From: Verrucomicrobiota bacterium
Lineage (GTDB): Bacteria; Verrucomicrobiota; Verrucomicrobiia; Limisphaerales; CANJXF01
DNA: 64,000 nucleotides
Assembly: GCA_043775015.1 (NCBI GenBank)
Contig: JAYVSV010000047.1
Coordinates: 335-64,334 of the forward strand
Direction of reading: 5' to 3'
Shown here: in pieces, positions 59,853-64,000 of the stretch
Layout of the letters: each line of letters starts with the position of its first letter
How positions within the stretch are numbered: position 1 is the stretch's first letter
Position numbers and translations under genes: made by a program
Notes under the pieces: generated by a model
What the model was told of the DNA's origin: nothing
The model's input: only the letters and a program-made list of their open reading frames with translations
The model's database searches: none

Positions 59853-62104
59853 CAGTGTTTTTCTCCGGGGTGATAGTTCTTAGTCGCTTGGGCCACGACA
59901 TCCTTCCAGTAGAATGGTGATTCCTTGAATTTGCGTTGCGAAAGGAGTTGCGCCTGATCAAAAAAATGAGGCGACGCCGGATCGCTGCTGTCGCCATATT
60001 GCAGCAAGGTTTTGGCTCGAACCTTGTTCTTTGAAAACTCGAAAACTCCCATGAAGCTGTTTCCCACCACCGCGTAGGAATTGCGGCGCTCAACGCTTCC
60101 AGGAATGGGCGGCGTGTAATACTGTGTGAACGCGATTCCCAAAGAACCGGGAACTCCGGCGGTGGGCACGCTCGGTAGCTTGTCACTGAAGGTCACCTTG
60201 GCGAGATTCGCTACGTTGGAATGTCGTTGTAAGCGGTGGATGTCGCCCCACGGCATCTTCCAGTCGCCGTAGATGCTCTTCAATTTTTCCGCCGCCTTAA
60301 CCAGCGCTTTGAACTGTGCTTTGGGACTGTTGATCATCTCAGGCTTCAGGGTTTCTTTCGTGGCAAAACTGGGTCCCACCATTTCTTCATACCATTGAAC
60401 ACAGAGGCTTGCCTGCGTGGAGGGCACGCCGCCGCGGCAATCCCAGTTCAGTAGATGGACGATGTACGGTTCCACCTGCCGGGCTAGTTCTGGATCGGTC
60501 TGCTTCAATTCTTCAAATTGTAATTTGTATCTCGGCAACTCCGTCAAGGCCCAGTAAATGGTCGTGTCCAGAGCCACCGTTTGCCATTCTTCAAAGGTCA
60601 CGCTGTGGAGGTTGCGCAACAGGTAACGGGACATCTTCGCCCGGCGCTTGTCGTCGTTCTGCTCTTTTTTCTGGACCATATAAGCCGGATAATTTCCCGG
60701 AAAAGGATTCCCGTCATCGGTCGTGGTGTAAGGCGTCTGGTTGCAACTTTGAACAAAGCCGGAGATCGGGTTCAACACGCGCGGCAGTTCGTTGAAGACG
60801 TGATAGCCCTGCCACTCGGTGCGGGGATTGGCACCATCCAATAGCGTCTCGGCTTCGAAGGTCGGGTCGCGTTTGGGGACGATGCCGTTGTAGAGGTAGA
60901 GGATATTTCCCTCGCGATCAGCATACACGACGTTGTAGATGTGCTGTTCCAGGTGAGACATCGCGGCGAGAAACTCGGTCAAGTTTTTTGCCTTGAGCAT
61001 TTGGAGCGATTGGCGTGGGTAAAAGGCTTCGCGGAATTTGGCGATGTTCACCGCGATTTGTTTCGTGTCGTTGATCTTCTCAGCTACCGGACCATGGTGC
61101 GTCTTGCGAAACGTCACCGGGCGCTCGGTCATGCCGTTGGCGGTCTTGACCTTGATCGTGTCCTGCCATTCAGTCGCCGTGCGATAGACATCGCCGTACT
61201 TGTAATTCAAAGGGTGGCCTGGATCGTCAAAAGTTTCCTGCCAGGCATCACCGGTGTTGGGTTTATTGACCGTGAAAGTCCAGCCCATGTTCTCGTTATG
61301 TCCAATGGTCGTAAGGGGACTGCCAAAAAATGTGGCCCCGGCAAAATTCAAACCCTCACCGCTGTGAAGGTGCGCCTCATAAAACTGGCCGAAGCCGTAG
61401 TAGGGCTGGTGCGGGTTTGAATAGAGCATCGTGGAACCGTTCTTGGTCCGGCTGGGAGCGATGGCGTAGGCGTTGCTCCCGATGAATTCTGCGTCCGTCG
61501 AATCACCATTTTGAGCCAGGTCGGATTTGCCAGTACGTGTTCCCTGGTAAATCGTTTGCAACAGGACATTCCGTCCGAACGCCATCAAATACCACGGTTC
61601 AAATCGCTCCAGCAGTCGCAGTTTTCCGTTGGGATTCTTTTCAACGTAATAGTTGATTCCAGCAACAAAGGCGGTGCACAGGGCGCGATCCTTGGGGGGC
61701 AACTTCTCGAAATCCTCCCGCGCCAGCCGCGGCACCTCGAACAGGCGGTTCAACCAATCACCGCCGTAGCCCGCCTCGCCGTTCAACTCGCTGGCCCGTC
61801 CCAGCCCGCTGACGTAAGATTCTTCAAGCTGCCACAAATAATCCTCGGCCTGACAATAAGCGAAACCGAAGATGACCGATTCATCCGTCGGCCCATCAAT
61901 GTGCGGCACTCCGTAATGATCGCGGTAAATGGTCACGCTTCGGGCTAAGGCCGCTGCGTCAATGTCGGGTGACGACGACTCGTTTGCCTGAACAGTCATC
62001 AGTCGTTCAGCTAGGCAGCAGAAACAAACCGCCAGAATTTTTGTAGCCCAAAAAATTCTATCAACCGAACGATTAATTCCGAAAGAGCTACGTTTGTTTT
62101 TCAT
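59852..62104 (-). CDS. Penicillin acylase family protein (peptidase S45), second copy
   Basis: TIYRDHYGVPHIDGPTDESVIFGFAYCQAEDYLWQLEE. Putative nucleophile in IGSNAYAIAPSRTKNGS. Start chosen at MKNKRSS (62104); the track ORF extends to 62206. Its stop overlaps the start of the CCP/beta-helix gene (ATGA). Confidence 0.85.
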   Translation of the reverse strand: MKNKRSSFGINRSVDRIFWATKILAVCFCCLAERLMTVQANESSSPDIDAAALARSVTIYRDHYGVPHIDGPTDESVIFGFAYCQAEDYLWQLEESYVSGLGRASELNGEAGYGGDWLNRLFEVPRLAREDFEKLPPKDRALCTAFVAGINYYVEKNPNGKLRLLERFEPWYLMAFGRNVLLQTIYQGTRTGKSDLAQNGDSTDAEFIGSNAYAIAPSRTKNGSTMLYSNPHQPYYGFGQFYEAHLHSGEGLNFAGATFFGSPLTTIGHNENMGWTFTVNKPNTGDAWQETFDDPGHPLNYKYGDVYRTATEWQDTIKVKTANGMTERPVTFRKTHHGPVAEKINDTKQIAVNIAKFREAFYPRQSLQMLKAKNLTEFLAAMSHLEQHIYNVVYADREGNILYLYNGIVPKRDPTFEAETLLDGANPRTEWQGYHVFNELPRVLNPISGFVQSCNQTPYTTTDDGNPFPGNYPAYMVQKKEQNDDKRRAKMSRYLLRNLHSVTFEEWQTVALDTTIYWALTELPRYKLQFEELKQTDPELARQVEPYIVHLLNWDCRGGVPSTQASLCVQWYEEMVGPSFATKETLKPEMINSPKAQFKALVKAAEKLKSIYGDWKMPWGDIHRLQRHSNVANLAKVTFSDKLPSVPTAGVPGSLGIAFTQYYTPPIPGSVERRNSYAVVGNSFMGVFEFSKNKVRAKTLLQYGDSSDPASPHFFDQAQLLSQRKFKESPFYWKDVVAQATKNYHPGEKH

Positions 62105-62324
62105 TTGAATTTGGTAGTCGTGGACATTCAATACCACACGCGTTTGCCCATCTTCAAGGACGGTTTTGCCGATTGCATAAATCCGAGTTTCTAAGCTTGA
62201 ACGCATGGAATATTTCGGTGCATCCCGGTTTTTCCGCGAGGGCGCGGAATCTACGCCCGAGGCGGGTGCGCTCCTCAGCTATTTTTGAATTTGTTGTTAA
62301 CCGAAGGTTTAAGAAGAATTGAAA

Positions 62325-63179
62325 TTATTTCTGCAGCAGCCTGCGCTCGGATTCATCCCGTATTTGGCGCGGTGATTTTTCCAGGCGCAACATTTCGTTG
62401 GCGTAACGCCGACCGAGTTCACGTTGTGCTTCTGAGTTGAAATGCACTTGATCACCTTTGTGCGCGAGACCTTTTGACAACGCGCAACCGGTCTTCAAAA
62501 CGGTTTTCGGAATTTTGGCCAACGTCTCATTCACGTCGCGTGCGAACGGAAGCGGGTTGCCCTCACGGTTGTAATTGAACTCACCAATCTGGCCCACCAC
62601 AAAAGGTAGATTTGGCGCGTTCAGGTCGGCGCGAATATCGGCAATCATTTTCGTCAGTCGCTCGCCGTAGGAATCGGAGTTGTTTTTTGCGCCCGCATCT
62701 CCTTCGCCCTGGTGCCAGAGGATTCCTGCGATTGTGCCCGCAGTTGCGGCGGCCTGCGCTCGTGCGACGGCGTTGGAATATAAATCCGCTCCGCGCACCC
62801 ATCGGCGCAACTGCGTTCCGCCCACCGCGCAAGGCACGAGACCGATGGTGATTTGCGGATTCGCCTCCGCCATCGCTTTGCCAAACGCGAGGCCCGGACC
62901 AACGCCGGGCGTCTTGCCTTTTTCGCCCAAGGTCAATGGCTCCGCCGCAAGTTGCCACTCGTTGCTGCGATTAAAAACGAAGACGCGCGGATGGGTGGTG
63001 CGATCTTCTTTTTCGGGAATTTCGCGTCCCGCCATATTCGATTGGCCTAACAATAAATAAATCTTTACCTGATCTTTTCCGGGCAATTTTGTGATTGAGT
63101 TGGTTTCGATCGGAGCTGCCAGGGAGATAAAGTCCGTCGCACAAATCGTGAGCGCCAGGAGCAGAATTAAATTTCTCAT
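62325..63179 (-). CDS. Sialate O-acetylesterase-like (SASA/DUF303, SGNH-type) carbohydrate esterase
   Basis: IYLLLGQSNMAGR and ILWHQGEGD motifs. Signal peptide from MRNLILLLALTICA. Confidence 0.8.
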   Translation of the reverse strand: MRNLILLLALTICATDFISLAAPIETNSITKLPGKDQVKIYLLLGQSNMAGREIPEKEDRTTHPRVFVFNRSNEWQLAAEPLTLGEKGKTPGVGPGLAFGKAMAEANPQITIGLVPCAVGGTQLRRWVRGADLYSNAVARAQAAATAGTIAGILWHQGEGDAGAKNNSDSYGERLTKMIADIRADLNAPNLPFVVGQIGEFNYNREGNPLPFARDVNETLAKIPKTVLKTGCALSKGLAHKGDQVHFNSEAQRELGRRYANEMLRLEKSPRQIRDESERRLLQK

Positions 63180-63307
63180 GCAGATGAAATAATAAAGCGC
63201 CCGCTCGGGTCTGCCACTTAAAATCATCGGCGCAGAGAAAATTTCGCAGTCAAGAAGCCAACACGGCTCCGCGCAAAACAGGAATCAGGCGCAATGGGCT
63301 GCGACGC

Positions 63308-64000
63308 TTATCGTAGCGGGTACATATCCACCCGGCGGAAGAAAATTTCGGCCCCTTCGCTTTGGAGAACAATTTTTCCGGAAGTTGGAAACGCATTCGT
63401 CCCCTCAATCGTTGTATGTCCGTTGACGGCGACTTTCACGCGATCACCGTCGCAGAGAACCTCCAGCCGATTCCATTGGCCGGCGGGTTTTTCGATTTCG
63501 TGTAAACCGCGGTAGCCGAGTTCGTCTTTCCAGGGGTCGCGTCCCGGACGATCAAAGCGCGCGATCTTCGGTCCTTTGCGCACGCCATCCACGGTGAGAA
63601 ACGCGCCGTTCACGACGAGGATGTCGCCGGTGCCGCCTTCGATAATTTGCGCCTCAATCGCTCGCGGCCAGACGTAATCTTTGCCGCCGCCATGCACGAG
63701 CACGCCGCTATCCCGGGCATTTTTTTCGCGCGGTGCCCAAGTCTGGTTGCCCCATTTGTATTCGGCGACCAATTTGTAATTGGCGAAATTCGTCTGCTTG
63801 GTGGCGACGTAGCCATAATGCTGTCCGCTGATGTGCAGCATCCCGTTTTCCCATTTGAAAACCTGGTCCGGATCGCTGCCGACGCCAAATTTTTCGAGGA
63901 AGGAATAAAAGTTTTCCGGCTCCAAAAGGTGAACGACGTTTTGTTTTTTCGGCGACATGCAACCCACGAGGCTGATGACCGCGAGCAAAGCGAATAGATG
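63308..64000 (-). CDS. DUF1080 (3-keto-disaccharide hydrolase-like, concanavalin-type) lipoprotein, N-terminus cut by window edge
   Basis: WENGMLHISG...NYKLVAEYKW...NSGVLVHG..., AQIIEGGTGDILV, NRLEVLCDGDRVKVAVNGH, GKIVLQSEGAEIFFRRVDMYPL. The frame is open to base 64000 (..LFALLAVISLVGC lipobox). Confidence 0.8.
   Translation of the reverse strand, partial: HLFALLAVISLVGCMSPKKQNVVHLLEPENFYSFLEKFGVGSDPDQVFKWENGMLHISGQHYGYVATKQTNFANYKLVAEYKWGNQTWAPREKNARDSGVLVHGGGKDYVWPRAIEAQIIEGGTGDILVVNGAFLTVDGVRKGPKIARFDRPGRDPWKDELGYRGLHEIEKPAGQWNRLEVLCDGDRVKVAVNGHTTIEGTNAFPTSGKIVLQSEGAEIFFRRVDMYPLR

Overview
This looks like chromosomal DNA from a PVC-group bacterium (Verrucomicrobiota or Planctomycetota). 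The evidence is several prepilin-leader 'H-X9-DG' proteins, a DUF1549/DUF1553 + DUF1501 gene pair, and TIGR03067-like and DUF1080 proteins. I did no database search; every call rests on motifs read from the translations.

The window is densely coding: about 55 CDS, one tRNA-Pro(UGG), no rRNA, no CRISPR array, and no transposase or integrase.

- **Housekeeping genes:** der, class II ribonucleotide reductase nrdJ, nadA, guaD-like deaminase, a dGTPase-like HD protein, ispH, and a LolE-like permease plus LolD.
- **Carbohydrate genes:** a 7-gene minus-strand operon (FucU-like mutarotase, aldo/keto reductase, Zn-ADH, TIM-barrel isomerase, amidohydrolase-2 lactonase-like, YdjC-like, ceramidase-like). 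GH28, a sialate-O-acetylesterase-like protein and a DUF1080 protein also occur.
- **Main finding:** a family of secreted three-domain proteins, with three intact copies and one decayed copy. Each fuses a single-Cys redoxin fold, a CxxCH heme domain and the full PHM/DBH-type two-copper ligand set (HH...H...HxH...M). Two copies are tandem at 3.4-7.3 kb. The third lies at 53.4 kb in an island with two S45 (penicillin/AHL) acylases, an aldehyde dehydrogenase and a di-heme peroxidase fused to a NosD-like beta-helix.
- **Other observations:**
  - a 160-bp MITE with 24-bp perfect terminal inverted repeats and a 9-bp target-site duplication
  - a secreted orphan protein with a CHAT/caspase-like His-Cys dyad, translationally coupled to a membrane-anchored orphan
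  - an NrdR-box inside the nrdJ promoter
  - two long intergenic hairpins with similar TGTAG...CTACA ends
  - a hairpin-rich 0.4-kb non-coding stretch next to tRNA-Pro
  - a single-repeat PUR-like protein with a YNSG tandem repeat
  - gene-decay remnants
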